Shown here one piece after another: positions 28,001-44,845 of a DNA stretch of 64,000 nucleotides; within the stretch, counting starts at the first letter, position 1, and the number at the start of each line of letters is the position of its first letter. Source of the DNA: Eledone cirrhosa (Eukaryota); NCBI GenBank assembly GCA_964016885.1, contig OZ024740.1:350424001-350488000 (forward strand), given 5' to 3'. The position numbers were made by a program, and so were the translations under genes. Below the pieces are notes generated by a model that was given only the letters and a program-made list of their open reading frames with translations, searched no databases and had not been told where the DNA came from.

Positions 28001-29620
28001 TATTGCAGGCCATCCCTCTGGAACCGGGACTGCAGAAAGCGTTACAGTAATGGTGTCGAGCACCTCGCAAATCGAGGAAGTTGGCACCTTACTGAAGGAA
28101 TATGAAAGGTTCACAGGGGCGAAGCTGAACCGGGACAAGTTCATCGGTTTGCAACTCGGATCGTGGAGAGGCAAACCAATGCCTTCCGATGGCGTCGCCG
28201 GGCGCTGGACGGAAGGACCGGCAAAGTTGCTCGGGGTCTGGTTTGGTCCGGACCTCCAGGTGGAGAAGAACTGGAACGAGGTGACGGCCAAGGTGTTAAC
28301 ACTCACCCAGAAGTGGGCCGAGTGCAAACTATCCTTGAAAGGTCGAGCGGAGGTGGCGAACACTTTTATAGCGTCCGTCATCTACTACCGCTTGACCGTC
28401 ATGCCTTGTCCAGCCTAAACGCTCACCAAAATGGTGCCGGCGCTCTTCTTTGGAAGAAGCGGGCTCCTTTGGTGAGAAGATCCATCTGCTGCCAACACCC
28501 TTCAAACGGAGGGCTGGGGCTGCCGTGGCTGACGGTGCGCAAACACTCGCTCAGGCTGCGGCACCTCCACGTATTCCTCACCGGACAACCGGTGTGGGCC
28601 CCGTTCGTGAGGCGAGCATTCGCACGACTCGTCTCACTGACCGAGCTGCAGTCCTGGGTCAAGCAAAGACCGAGGAAAATGGGCGACTGGCACATCGAAT
28701 GTGCTCAGGCGCTCACAGCCCTCTGGCAGGCGGACCCGGCGATCAGTGGAGACTCCACTTCGTGATTCTATAGAGGGTTGCTCCGCAGCAAGTGGGACGA
28801 TGCGCTCGGAGAAACTCTAGGCGTAGAGGAAGACGAACTGGCCAGTCTGTTCGGTAGAACCTTCCGCCCGGGACCGATGGACAACTATCAAAAGTCCCTG
28901 GCCTGGCAGTGCTACCGAGGAGCTCTACCAGTTCGTGACAAGCTCTACAGACAGGGACGCCCGGGCAGGGACCCTTCGAAAAAGATCTGTCTGAGATGCG
29001 TGCGCGACGAGGAAACCGTCGCGCACGCATTTGTACACTGCCGGGGCGTTACCGACCTGTGGGGCTATATAGAACGACTATTGTCGCGGGTGGGACCAAT
29101 CCGGTTGATCACCGAGTCCATTGTCATAATCAAACCGCCACTCTCCTTCAAAAACGAAGGAGAGGCGGTTTTCCTTTGTGATAGCTATGGCGAAAGAGGT
29201 TGTATGGTGGAAAATGTTAAAAGGGTTGATTCTTTTTTTCAAATACCACTTTGGAAGAAGAATCAGGATGGAGAGAGAGCAAGTTTTATGAACGGTGGGT
29301 GAAAGTGGCGAGAATGGCCCGAGAATGGGCCTTCTCTCTATATGAGCCTGTAGGTTGAGGAAAAGGAGGAAGAGAGGAAAGGGGTACAAACTCTTCGTAC
29401 TCTTGGAGATGAGGGTGGAACATTTTTTTGGGGGGGGTATGTGTTACCCATATGAAATGTCTCCCCCTATTGGGAAAAATCGATTAACTTTTAAATTACA
29501 TTTGTGATAATACGTTTTTATTGTATGTAAACTTTGTATCTGTCCCCTTCTTTTGTGCCCCTGTGGCTAATAAAGAAACATATCTATCTATCTATCTATC
29601 TATCTTTCTATCTATCTATC
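25020..29620 (+). mobile_element. Near full-length degenerate Tx1/L1-clade LINE
   Basis: APE endonuclease (CVNVRGL, GGVAVL, DPEGR, AYAP, SYLDR, YWKLN), RT (DGLPYEFY, LDQSKAFERVD, GCHLSSLLY), C-terminal C..C...ET..H....C; AATAAA then (TATC)n tail; 5' boundary uncertain. Confidence 0.9.
26001..29320 (+). pseudogene. Tx1/L1 ORF2 (APE-RT-zinc finger) with multiple frameshifts and stops
   Basis: Consecutive ORF fragments at 26001, 26452, 26975, 27595, 27939, 28163 and 28778 in shifting frames. Confidence 0.9.
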
Positions 29621-29778
29621 TACACACACTCATATATATATACATATGTACATATATATACATACATACTTTCACACACACACACACACACATATATATA
29701 TACATAAATATGTATGTATGTATATATATAGATATATACACATATGTGTATATTTATATATATATATATATATAAACA

Positions 29779-29809
<31 letters not shown>

Positions 29810-30119
29810 TTAAAAACAAACATAAATTATCGAGAATCGCATTTCGGCCCACGAAATAACGAAAAACAACCTCCGAGATGTGTGGCAAGTGCTCAGTGAT
29901 TCAGATGAACCAGAACTATAACATACGTTAAAGTCCAAACACTGAGACGATGGTTAAACAATCATTCGCATAGCCCAAAAAACGATCAAGTAATTCAGGT
30001 CAAACAAATAAAAAATATCTGTGATTGAAAATTTACCCGGACCCCTGGAAGGTTGGTAAAATCCAGTATTTGGGGTTCTGCGGCTCCTAAATCAAGTACT
30101 GTCCACTTACATAAATAAT

Positions 30120-30302
30120 TGTTTCTACTTTAGGCACAAGGCCAGCAATCACCCAGTGCATTACTGGTACTTTATTTTATCGACCCCGTAAGGATGAAAG
30201 GCAAAGTCAACCTTGGCGGGATTTGAACTCAGATCGTAAAGGGACGTAACTATGCTAGAAAGCATGGCGTCCGACCCTCTACCGATACTGCCAATCCACC
30301 AA
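30120..30302 (-). mobile_element. tRNA-derived Meta-type SINE with 18-bp target-site duplication
   Basis: Reverse complement of 46014-46200; TCCACTTACATAAATAAT at 30102 and 30303. Confidence 0.9.
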
Positions 30303-30459
30303 TCCACTTACATAAATAATGTTAGGATTCTGGTAAGATGATTGAACAAGGAAGCCACTTTCTCAACAGGTTTTAGTTCAATGTTAATACAAGGACTGAC
30401 TATATATATAATATATATATATATTTATATATATATATACATGTGTGTGTGTGTGCTTG

Positions 30460-30490
<31 letters not shown>

Positions 30491-30562
30491 TTATCCCGGG
30501 TTCAATCAGAGGTAACCACACTAGGTAAGGTACTCAATACACAGCACAGTATAAATATTAAT

Positions 30563-30668
30563 TGTAGAAATGGCTTCTACAGGACTAGAACTGTTTCATT
30601 CTAAAGAAATCATCAGAAGTTCCTTCCAATGAAACAGTTCTAGTCCTGTAGAAGCCTTTTCTATATTA
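30563..30668. mobile_element. ~100-bp mini-hairpin made of a hammerhead motif and its partial inverse
   Basis: GGCTTCTACAGGACTAGAACTGTTTCATT ... AATGAAACAGTTCTAGTCCTGTAGAAGCC; minus-strand CTGATGA-TTTC(ttta)GAAT-GAA-ACAG..CTGT-A. Confidence 0.7.
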
Positions 30669-30693
30669 AATATATATATATAGAGAGAGGGGC

Positions 30694-30768
<75 letters not shown>

Positions 30769-31185
30769 GAGAGAGAGAGAGAAATACACTCACGTACAGG
30801 CACACAAGAACACACACACACCTACACGTTAGTATGTATATACATAAAGTAGGTGATCATGTGTGTATCTGTATGTGTGTATGTATACACGTATTCTTAT
30901 ATATAAACATATTTTGTTCGCTCCTTTACATTCCTTTCTATATTCATTCCTTCGTTCATACATTTATCCATTCATTTCATTCGTGTATTTATTTATACCT
31001 TCATTCTATTTTTACCTCATTCTATCAATATTCAATTTACAACCTCTTTCTTTCCTTCCTTTCTACTTTCTGGAATATTCCACCACTCCGGATTTTGTCG
31101 GTTTGTTTATTTGTTTATCGAACTAAGAAATCACGTGAACCATTTCTGTGAAAATGAAATTAATTATAAATGTGTGCATCTAACG

Positions 31186-31264
<79 letters not shown>

Positions 31265-31335
31265 CCCACACACACACTCATACATGGAATCATGCACGTA
31301 CGGAAAAAAAATTTGCCTATTGCGCGTGAATATCC

Positions 31336-31381
<46 letters not shown>

Positions 31382-31401
31382 ATTGTTTCTACTTTTTACG
31401 G

Positions 31402-32737
31402 ACTGACCGCAAACTTGGTACGTGATGAAGAACGTGTCCTGCATGTGCGACCCAACAGAAATGGAAAGACACATCCAACACTTCATCACCCGCATGCAGT
31501 TCTCTGGCTACAACCAAAGAGACGGAATCAGAGTATACGAAGGAGCCACGGAGAAGTATAAGACCCTCATAGAACTGGACATGAAAGGAATTTTCCCATT
31601 ATACAGGAGCAAATCATGGAATAGGACTAAACATAAGATAGGACTAAACATAAGATAGGGAAAGTCACCTCATGGTACGACAACCAGAGATACCAGAGTG
31701 TCATGTTCATGGACGCTACCACTGGAGGGAAATTAGCTAACCAGTGTAGAAAGGCCCCGAGAAAGACCTACCTAAAGATTATGGTGGTAGAAAAGCCAAG
31801 AACCACCATAAAATCCCTGATCAGCAAAACATACCCTTTAAAAAGAACCCACTGTACTAATAGGAAATGTATTATATGTAAAGTAAACCCCCAGGATAAA
31901 CTAGAAAAGTAGTCTAAGATGTACAGAGGGTACTTGCAGAAACATGACAACAACATACATAGGCGAGACAGCTCGTAGCATAGCTGAAAGGATAGACCAA
32001 CACTGGGAGGAACTAAAAGGAAGAAAAAACGGTTCAGTACTATACGAACACGCCAGACAACAACATGACGGTAACATAAACAACATAGAAATTAAAATAA
32101 AATCTAAACATAGAAATGACCCAGCAGAAATGACCCCTGGCAAATCAGAGAGGTCAGTCAAATAGAACTTAGAGGGCCAAAGCTAAACAGAAAAAATGAA
32201 TGGAATAACAACACCCAAACAAACAATACTGACCTAAGAGAAATATAAATGAATAAATGAATATATACACAAGCACAATAACAACAAACACATATAAACA
32301 CACACTAGTAAACTAAAATAGAATACAATAACCAAAACACAGTCACCCAAACGCGAACACACATCAAACACTATACACACACGGAAACGCATGCGCAGAG
32401 AAGTAGACAAAATTAAATAAATAAATAAATAAATAAACAGATTAAATAAAGATGGCGTAGACATACAATACAACAGGAGGAAACATAATAGCACCACTGA
32501 CGATGTTGCATATGTGCAACGAAAGAACTTTGTTAGACCATATATATGTGTTTGTGTCTATATTATATCTGTATTTTTGACCGACCGTTGGTCAGTCAAT
32601 GGTAAACATTGAGGACCGAATAAATTAACTGATATAAAAGATACAGAAGCGAAAACCAACCAAACAGTGAGTGTGTTCTGTTATTAATTCTGGCAATATT
32701 ATTACAACAATATGACCCTCCCCAAGTATAACAATAT
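31402..32737 (+). mobile_element. Degenerate PLE family H 3' part
   Basis: RMQFSGY, PLYRSK.W, VVEKP.TTIK, YIGETARS; hammerhead ~32492-32535; terminus CCCTCCCCAAGTATAACAAT. Confidence 0.88.
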
Positions 32738-32759
32738 AAATATATATGTATATATACAC

Positions 32760-32829
32760 ACTGATCGTGACCGTTGGCGAGTATGTACTGCTCGATGCGC
32801 CGAACGGTGCGGAATAATCTAAGACTAAG
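32760..32829 (+). mobile_element. Tiny RTE 3' end
   Basis: Translates [13 protein letters not shown]; CTAAGACTAAG tail as at 6946. Confidence 0.6.
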
Positions 32830-32976
32830 ATATACACACACACATATATATATATAAATATATATATATATACATAATACATATGTATATATATATATAT
32901 AAATATATATATATATAAATATATATATGTATATGTATATATGTATATATATATATAAATATATATATATATAAAT

Positions 32977-33009
<33 letters not shown>

Positions 33010-33104
33010 AATATATATATATAAAAAAGGAACGATCGACTTTCGTCAAATCGGACCGAGGGAACAATGTTTCCGTTGGTTTTTCCAATTGCTAATATTA
33101 TCTA

Positions 33105-33243
33105 TCGGTCGCAACACCAGGTAGAAGGAGCAACGTGAAATAAAGTGTCTTGCTCAAGGACATAACGCATCGCCTGGTCCAGGAATCGAATTCACAGCCT
33201 TACGATTGCGAATCCAATTCTCTAACCACTCAGCCACACGCAT
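33105..33243 (-). mobile_element. tRNA-derived SINE fragment (second family)
   Basis: Minus strand GTGGCTGAGTGGTTAGA (A box), AATTCGATTCCTGG (B box-like), then GTCCTTGAGCAAGACACTTTA. Confidence 0.7.
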
Positions 33244-33244
33244 T

Positions 33245-33720
<476 letters not shown>

Positions 33721-33760
33721 TATATATTTTATTAAAATAACCGATTAAAGTTTAAGCAAA

Positions 33761-33806
<46 letters not shown>

Positions 33807-33834
33807 TAAAATAACCTGTTAAAGTTTAAGCAAA

Positions 33835-33881
<47 letters not shown>

Positions 33882-33883
33882 TG

Positions 33884-33921
<38 letters not shown>

Positions 33922-33922
33922 A

Positions 33923-34005
<83 letters not shown>

Positions 34006-34181
34006 AATATATATATATATAAATATATATATATAAATATATATATATATAAATATATATATATAAATATATATATATATAAATATATATATATAAATAT
34101 ATATATATATAAATATATATATATAAATATATATATATAAATATATATATATAAATATATATATATAAATATATATATATA

Positions 34182-34272
<91 letters not shown>

Positions 34273-34275
<3 letters not shown>

Positions 34276-34430
34276 TAGAAGGGGGTAATTTGTTGCAAAT
34301 CCGACAAATATATATGATTATAACTGATTTAGAGCACTAAACGTTGGAGTAAATATTCAATGATATTAAATAAATGGAAACTATATTTATAAATATGATT
34401 TTATAAATATAGTTTCCATTTATATAATAT

Positions 34431-34435
<5 letters not shown>
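34273..34435. mobile_element. Terminus of the 6252 family ending in a palindrome
   Basis: Matches 6252-6385; CAATGATATT..GGAAACTATATTTATAAA / TTTATAAATATAGTTTCC..AATATCATTG. Confidence 0.75.
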
Positions 34436-34469
<34 letters not shown>

Positions 34470-34483
34470 TATAAATGTATATG

Positions 34484-36670
<2,187 letters not shown>

Positions 36671-37142
36671 ATTAAGTAAAAAGAAATTCAAACAAACTGG
36701 TGCGAAAGCTGATGTGCTTATTCACATGACTGCATTAACCAACCAAACTTCACTCATATATGAAAAAAACCCCTGATCCTCCCCCCCTTTGTTTCAAGAA
36801 CTTTGTAACGCAAACTGGCGCGAAATTTATTATACTTATTCACCAACCAATCAAATTACTTCTCTAAAAACCTGGCGTTTCGAGCCACTTTTTTTCCATA
36901 TAAAACAAGTAACATTCAAAGACCAACCAGATGTGAGAAAAACCACAGACCCTCCATCTCAACTCTACTTTTGAAAAGCAGAAGAACTGCGAAACCGGTA
37001 AAGGAACCAAATAAATATATATATATTTTTTTAAATAAGACTCCAGTTGCATTTTCTATTTCATCTTTTTTCCTTATACTTTCACTCGTGTAGGACACCT
37101 CGGTTATTTTTCATTTTGTAAAAACCTCACTTTCTAATATTT

Positions 37143-39670
37143 AGTCAATCAAAGTTCCTTCGTTGCACATCTGCAACCTCATCAGTGGTACTATTATGTT
37201 CCCTCCTATTGTACTGTAAATGTATTGTAATGTCTACGCCATTTTAATTTAATTAATTAATTTATTTATTTCTTCTTGTCTTTGTCTCTGCGCATGCGTT
37301 TGCGTGTGTGTATAATGTTTGGTGTGTGTGTTCGTGTTTGAGTGTAGGTATTTTTGTTTTTGTATTCTATCTTTATTTAGTAGTGTGTGTTTATTTGTAT
37401 TTGTTGTTATTGTACTTGTGTATCTATTTATTTATTCATTTATTTATATTTCCCTTAAGTCAGTATTGTTTGTTTGGGTATGGTTGTTGTTATTCCATTT
37501 ATTTTTTCTGTTTAACTTTGGTCTTCTTAACTCTATCTCAGTTGCTTCCCTGATTTTCCTACTTGTTGAGTCATTTCTATGTTTAGATATTTTAATTTCT
37601 ATTACAGCCATATCTTTGTCTGGCGTGTTCCTATAGTACTGGACATTTTTTTTTGTCCTTTTAGTTCCCCCATGTGTTGGTCTATTCTTTCTCCTATGCT
37701 TCGAGCTGTCTCACATATGCACGTCGTACAAGTACCCTCTCTACAACTTATGCTATAGACTACATTTCTTATTTTACAGTTTATCCGGGGCTTCATTTTA
37801 CATGTAACACATTTCTTATTTGTACAGTGGGTTTTCTTAAAGGGGTATGTTTTGCTGATCAGGGATTTTATGGTAGTTCCTGGCTTTTCTACCACTTTAA
37901 TCTTTAAATGGGTCTTTCTTGGGGCCTTTCTACATTGGTTAGCTAATTTCCCTCCAGAGGTAGCATCGACGAAAATGACACTCTGGTATCTCTGGTTGTC
38001 TTACCCTGAAGTGGTTTTCCCTATCTTATGTTTAGTCCCCTCTAAGCTAATTCCATGATTTGCTCCTGTATAATGGGAAAATTCCTTTCATGTCAATTTC
38101 TATGAGGGTCTTATATTTCTCCGTGGCTCCTTTGTATATTCTGATTCTGTCTCTTTGGTTGTAGCCAGAAAACTGCATGCGGTTGATGAAGTGTTGTATG
38201 TTTCTTTCCATTTAAGTTGGGTCGCACATGCGGGACACATTCTTCATCACTCTTATCAAGTCTGCGGTCAGAATATTAAACTTAGCACTATTGGACATTG
38301 TTGAGCTTTTTAGTATCAGGTATGTGGAGGCCATGGGTTTAGCATAGTGTGAGTGGAGAATTTGGGCCCTCTCGTATATAGTGTTAATCCAGAATTCCGT
38401 GTCTAATACTGGTAGTCTATTGTTAGGGTGTTTGAAAGGGTAATCAACAGTTACAGTTATACTCTGGTGTATTGAGTTAGCTATCAGCTGGATGCTCTTC
38501 ATTGTGCTATTTTCTAAATCATGTTTATTAGTATTCTCTTATGAGGGTGTTCTTATTACTATATTAATATCGTCTACATAGCGAGAGTACATGACGAGGT
38601 ATATGGAGTTCTCTTCAAGGAGTTCTCTGAATCTCCTCTCCCACCATACCATAAATAGATTGGCAATATCACCAGCTATGCTGATGCCAATGGCTGCTCC
38701 CTCATTCTGGGTGTAATTCTTTTCGTTAAATTTAAACATATGGCCCTTTAGGGTAGTTTTAATACTAGCCCCTATTGCACGTGTGACAATTTTTCTCACC
38801 TGATCATTGTTTTGGGGTGTCTGTATGGCTTTGGTCCATCCATTCCATCTTCCTATGGGAGTCTTTTTAGGCCATTGAGGTTATGGTGGGGGGTCTACTT
38901 CTTATGGGTCTACTGGGGCAGAAACAGCTAAGGTCATGGTTATCTAGGTACTCGGTGTCATAAGTAAGTCTAAGTAGGAGGCCCAGTTCATCTGTGTCGA
39001 CGTCGCAGAACTCTACTTAGCTCACACTGATTATTTCAACACATTTTTCCACACCAAATTCAATGTTAATGGATGTGTACAGTGATACTACATCCATACT
39101 GCCTATTATGCAGTTAGTTAAGTTTTTGTTTTTGTTGCATTCATTGATTCTGCTGAGGAGGTCCTCTGTGCTGTCACATATATCTGGGGACATCTTAATT
39201 ATGGGGAGTATAATCATAGAGAGCAAGTAGGAGATCTTGTAGTTGCTAGCAATATTGGCTCCGCATACAGGTCTTGTTGGTGGTCCTGTCGTCGGGTCGT
39301 TGGTTGTCTTATGGTCTTCGTGGAGCCCATACAAGGGTGGTATGTCATTGTTAGACGTTTGGAAGTTGTTGGCTGTGCGTCTACCTGGCTTTAGGATGTC
39401 GGTCCACATCATGTGAGCATTGAGGGTCTTCTCTCTCTCTCCTCATGTGTTTGTTGTGTTGTTTCGCTTGCGTTGGTGATGTGGGGTTACATAGCCTTGA
39501 TATAGTTCGGCATGCTGGCTCTTGAGATCCTACCATATTTATCTGTAGGTAGACACAGTACCTCACCATCCCTTGTGCGGTCTTGAGGTTAAGTAGGCCT
39601 TCTACAGGTTTTCTTCCAAGTTGTTGGATTTCTGGTCTGCTTTGTCTGTTAGTATATTGGTCCACTACCT
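37143..39670 (-). mobile_element. Degenerate PLE family H (most of RT plus endonuclease)
   Basis: PPLYGLHEDHK, PTRPVCGA, GSMDVVSLY, GAAIG, YSRYVDD, LPVLD; hammerhead ~37148-37190. Confidence 0.92.
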
Positions 39671-39813
39671 ATATATATATATAGGTATGTATGTATGTAT
39701 ATATGTATGTATATGTATATATTTATATATGTATAGTTAATAAATGAAACAAACAAAACACAGGAGGCAAATTTACACAGTTATATTACGTTCACGCTTG
39801 GAAGTAGAAGGGG

Positions 39814-39850
39814 CTTCAACGTTTCGGACAGATATCCCTCTTCAGGAAAG
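39814..39850 (-). ncRNA. Minimal hammerhead motif in a ~190-bp insert (39735-39920)
   Basis: TTTC-CTGAAGA-G-GGAT(atct)GTCC-GAAACGT-T-GAAG. Confidence 0.78.
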
Positions 39851-39942
39851 TTCAGATAAGGAGAGAACAGATAGACGTAAGAGTAGTGTGAGAAGATAGG
39901 GAAGGAAGTTAAAAAATGTTATATATATATATATATACAGTG

Positions 39943-40013
<71 letters not shown>

Positions 40014-40420
40014 ATGAGGTTACCGCTATATCCAATAATAATCGTTTTTTTTTTTAATGTCCTGTAACTTAGCGATTCGACAAATATGAATTTCTTTCTT
40101 TAGCTCTTTGATGAGCTTCTTGCTCTTTCGTTTCCTTTCTTTGCTTCTTGTCTTAATATGGTGGCTCTGTCGCACGCGCATGCATACATACATGTATTTG
40201 ATTGTGCCAATCTGTTTGTCGTTATATATTGCTACTCCCGCACGCTTCTGTGTCTGGTATATGCACGCATACATGTGTGTGTTTTTCCCTGCCTTTATGC
40301 CCGTGTGTGTGTGTGTGTGCAAGCAAATATATGTGTCAATATATATTGCCACTCTCTGAGTGTTTACATCTATCTACGTATGTGGTATATTTGTGTATAC
40401 GCTGGTGACCTCCTACCAGC

Positions 40421-41037
40421 CAGGGCCGACGCCAAATTATCTGGTACCCTAGACACACCCTTCTCTGCTCAAATGTACGGACCCCCCCCCCAAAAAAAAA
40501 CACAACTTGATACTATTTTACTTGTAAAATTAAGACAAACATCGACATTAGTGATGAACTAATAAGATAATGGATAGTTGAACAGACGCTCAATACTAAT
40601 CAGGGATGGTGGAACAGAGGGGTGGGGATGGCATGCTCCCCAATAATTATATTTTCTCCCAAAACTACATAAACACACTTCTATTTGTATATGCTGTATA
40701 AATATGAATCGCTTACAATAAAATTTCGCCGGAGATAGATTAGCAAAATTTATTAAGTGGTTAGACGGTGGGTTGGATTAAAAACTTGAGAGGGTTGAGT
40801 CTAACAAATTAATAAGCGGGGGGGGGGCGTTTATTCAAGACCTGAGAGTACTGAATTATTGACGGACGTAAGAATGAAAACTCAATACCAAAGTAGAATT
40901 TAAATATTCATTCATTATGGCTAAACCTTGTTACTTTGGAGTTTCACCTACGTACTCACCAGAAAGGACTGGTGATCCTGTGAGTAACAAGGATCACCTA
41001 TATCCATAATAAATAAATGTATATGTAAGTGTATATA

Positions 41038-41073
<36 letters not shown>

Positions 41074-42051
41074 GAGAGAGAGAGAGAAGGGGAGAGGGAG
41101 ACGGAGAATTATATATAGAGAGAGATAGTGAGAGAGATAGAGGCGATGAATAAATTGGGGTATAATACCAGTTTCTTACCAAATGCGAAGAAGCTCGATA
41201 TATTAACCCCTTAGGAAATGGTATAGAGCATCATTAAAAAAAATTATATTATATACAGTTGCGGTGGAACTGCGGCGTGGAGGTGCCATGCTCCTCTCCA
41301 GTAATTATATTTTCTCCCCAAACTAGCAAAACACATATCTATTTGGATATGTGCTACAATTTATGTACATGTTATGTTTATCGCATATCGACGTTTTCTG
41401 ATCATTTTAGAATGCAAAGAGCTGAACTACAACTAAATTGTCCAAAATTGTTCAGAAATGCTCCCACCGCGACTGAATACAGCTGAAGCCAAATTTGGAT
41501 GACAGATGAATGCAAACAGGAAGACAATTCAAAATTTCATTTTGTGTGCTTTGTTCTCGGCATAGTTTTTAACCAATTTAGCTAAACCAAGTGATGAAGC
41601 CTGAGCATGTTCAATTGCTATAGTTGCCAAACCAATTAGTCTCTCTTGCAACATTGTAAAGTGAATGTAAGATTTTATAAGCTTGAGTTTTGAGAAACTA
41701 CTCTCACCACTTACCACCAATACTGGAAGTGTGAGAAGGATAATCAATGCAATAGAAACATTAGGGAAATTATCCAAAGTTGTTTTTGGAAAAAATCGTG
41801 GCCTATAAAAACACGCGAGCGTAACTGCGTTCTGAAAATTTCGTATACACGCGATTTTCACCCATTCATTTTGCTTGTTCTGGCCAGACTAAAACTACCC
41901 GATTATTTGTCCCTGTTTGAAATAAACCAGGATAAAAAACAACACTCAATAAAACTGAAATTTATTTATTTAATTTTCAAAATTGTTGTTGATTTGGCGA
42001 AATTCGCCCACGGCGGCTGCCTAGTTTGCCTATATGGTAGCGCTGGCCCTC
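40421..42051 (-). mobile_element. Degenerate hAT transposon
   Basis: Ends CAGGGCCGACGC / GCGCTGGCCCT; imperfect 8-bp TSD CTACCAGC vs CTACCGTC; hAT dimerization domain inside. Confidence 0.7.
41529..41790 (-). pseudogene. hAT transposase C-terminal dimerization domain remnant
   Basis: FPNVSIALIILLTLPV..SGESSFSKLKLIKSY...MLQERL.GLA.IAIE. Confidence 0.88.
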
Positions 42052-42359
42052 CTACCGTCCTCAAATATCCATACATATTTATCAATGTGCTTGTGTATAC
42101 CTGTTCACATTTATACTCTTGACACTATGTCTGTGCTATCCTCTATGCCTATCCATATGTATCTCAATATTCTTTGTCACCTGCCTCTATGTCATAGGAT
42201 TGATACTATTCCAATCCTGCTACCTATTCAAGATGTGTTTATATCTGTCTGTGCAATCGTGTGTATCGTTTTCTATGTATTGTAATGATTTTGATATGAG
42301 TTACTAGATCGAAGTGTTGTTATTATTCCATTCCTGCATTATATTGAAATTGGGTTTAG

Positions 42360-42487
42360 TTTTTCATAGACACTAATAACAATGACTTTCTGGAAAGACA
42401 CGACCTTAGTAGTCTCAGTCCCACTAGGCAAGAGAGAGGCAGTCGACCACCCATTAACTTAATGGCCAAAAAGACGCATAGAAGGAT

Positions 42488-42490
<3 letters not shown>
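42360..42490 (+). mobile_element. Internal RT fragment of a D/H-like PLE
   Basis: DLSSLSPTR..RPP...MAKKTH aligns with DLSNLCPTR..RPP...MAKKTH in ORF 36157-36633. Confidence 0.65.
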
Positions 42491-42543
<53 letters not shown>

Positions 42544-42574
42544 ATTCGTTTTTGAATCTTTTTGCGAGATTCGT

Positions 42575-42716
42575 TATTGTTGTACTTGGGGAGGGTCATA
42601 TTTCCAATAAAAAGACACGTACCTGTTGGTTTTCATTCATTTCAATTTATTATTGTAGTGAAAACCATCAGGTGCGTGTGTTTTTATTGGCAACATGACA
42701 CTCCCAAAGTATAACT
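42575..42716. mobile_element. Mini-hairpin of D/H-type termini
   Basis: GTACTTGGGGAGGGTCATATTTCCAATAA ... TTATTGGCAACATGACACTCCCAAAGTATAAC. Confidence 0.7.
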
Positions 42717-42800
42717 ATATATACATATATACACTGAAGTGAACCTAAACATCGAGTGCTCACCCGGATGAACCTACAGTAACTCCAAGTTACACTCCCT

Positions 42801-42847
<47 letters not shown>

Positions 42848-42852
42848 ATGCA

Positions 42853-43148
42853 AAATAAACGTTAAGACATGTTACATAATCGTATTTATTGGATAATACG
42901 TATTTCAGTGACACCAGTGTAGAACTGTCATGTGATCATTACAACAGCAACCAGAACTGGTGTAACATCATCAGACCTTCATAAACACGGACGTGCTTGC
43001 CTGTGGCATACCGACTCCCTTGCATAAATATGTTAACATCTTATGATGTCACACCAGTGCCGGTTGCTGTATTGATCGTATAATAGCTCCACATAGGTAT
43101 CACTGAAATATGTATTACTCAATATACAGGATTACGTTAATGTTTATT
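42853..43148. mobile_element. Old fold-back element with hammerhead (~42890-42978, -)
   Basis: Diverged inverted arms; CTGATGA-TGTTACACCAGT...ACTGGTGTCACT-GAA-ATACGTAT-T. Confidence 0.7.
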
Positions 43149-43299
43149 CCATATATTGAAACTGCGTCGCGTTTGATCGCCACCGTTATGACGGATAGAT
43201 AATACTGACGTGGAGTGTTCTTACCTGCTGACACCTTTTTATGAACAAGACGTCACAACACAATTCTTCCGGGCTTAGTAATTAGTAACTATACACACG

Positions 43300-43332
<33 letters not shown>

Positions 43333-43934
43333 GGGGTGGGGGTTGGGTTGAACATCTGGATCCGTGTTCGCTGGTTTCACTTGATTCATTTCTGTTCGTT
43401 GGTAATCGAATATGTATGTGTCAAATCTTAAATTGGTATTTATGTAAAGTTAGAAATACAATAGATTGTACGTTTTTATGTATAACATATCAACATCTGC
43501 TTATTTACCCTTTCAAATGCACTTAGAGTAATACTTAAAATTAAGTTCGAAGAAAAGCTTATTGGAATAGAATATTTTGATGTATACATAACTGAATAGA
43601 AAATGCGTATTTATACTTAAACGTAATAGAATATCTGAGACTGACCCACTAAAGAACGAATTGATGGCTAAATGTTCTCTTATATTCAGTTGTATAGCCA
43701 ATTTGAATATCTGAAGGCTTAAATATGCGTTGGAGAAAAATTCGAATGGAAATAATTGAAAAACTTTAGAAGAGTAAAAAAGAAAAAATACTGCATCATC
43801 AGATTAACATAGAAACAGCTACGTGGATGCTCGAATTGCTGTAACACATTAGACAAAGTAGTCCAAGATACATTTTGTCAAAGATACATATTGTTAAAAA
43901 AAAAAGGCGTGATCTGAATTGATCTAGGGTTAAA

Positions 43935-44355
43935 TAATGGTTTCTTATATAGGCACAAGGCCAGCAATTATGGGGGAGGGGAAAGTCGATTAAATTGATT
44001 CCAGTGCGTGACTGGTACTTTATCGACCCCGTGAGGATGAAAGGCAAAGTTAACCTCAGCGAGATTTGAACTCAGATCATAAAGGGCCGTAACTCTATGC
44101 TACAAAGCATGGCGTCCGATCCTCTACCGATACTGTCATCCACCGCACTGATCTAGGGTTAAATAATTGTTTCTACTTTTGGCACAAGACCAGTAATTAT
44201 CCAGTGCATTACTGGTACTTTATTTTATCGACCCCGTAAGGTTGAAAGGCAAAGTCAACCTCGGCGGGATTTGAACTCAGAATGGCAAGGGCCGTAACTC
44301 TATGCGTCAAAGCATGGCGTCCGACCCTCTACCGATACTGCCAACCCACCGCCCT
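43935..44355 (-). mobile_element. Two tandem Meta-type SINEs
   Basis: Both match 46014; TGATCTAGGGTTAAATAAT repeated at 43920 and 44149. Confidence 0.88.
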
Positions 44356-44619
44356 TACGATTAAATAATAACCACAAATATCTAGTAATGATTATTTCTA
44401 AGATAAGCTTAAAGGCAGAAATTTGTGGGGAAATGTTAATTAGAACACATAACGTAAGGTATGTTTGCGTGGCAGTTAAGGTTTCTGTCTATAATACACA
44501 ATTGACAAACATGTAAAAATGAAAGTGGACCCGTAACTGCTAGGAGCACCGTCTTGACTTATGGCATTTCTTGGACATTTAAAACCTGGCCGAGTCCATC
44601 CCGCTCCATGTCTGAACAG

Positions 44620-44845
44620 CCGATTTTTTCCAACGAAAGTGGTAGTGTGATAGAAAGGAAGTGAGAAAGAGATATAGAGGAAGAATCGACCCAAGTACTC
44701 GACTGGTACTTTTTTTATCGCCCTCGAAATGATGAAAGACAAAATTGATCTCGGTGTGATTTGAAATCAGAGCATAGAGAACCGACGTGAATACCACAAA
44801 ACACTCTACCCGACGTTCTAGGGACTCTGCTAATTTGCCGCCTCA
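44620..44845 (-). mobile_element. Older Meta-type SINE copy; similar remnants at 46430-46630, 48543-48586 and 53525-53625
   Basis: GACTGGTACTT..TTATCG.CC..GAA.GATGAAAG.CAAA..TGA.CTCGG...GATTTGAA. Confidence 0.7.
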
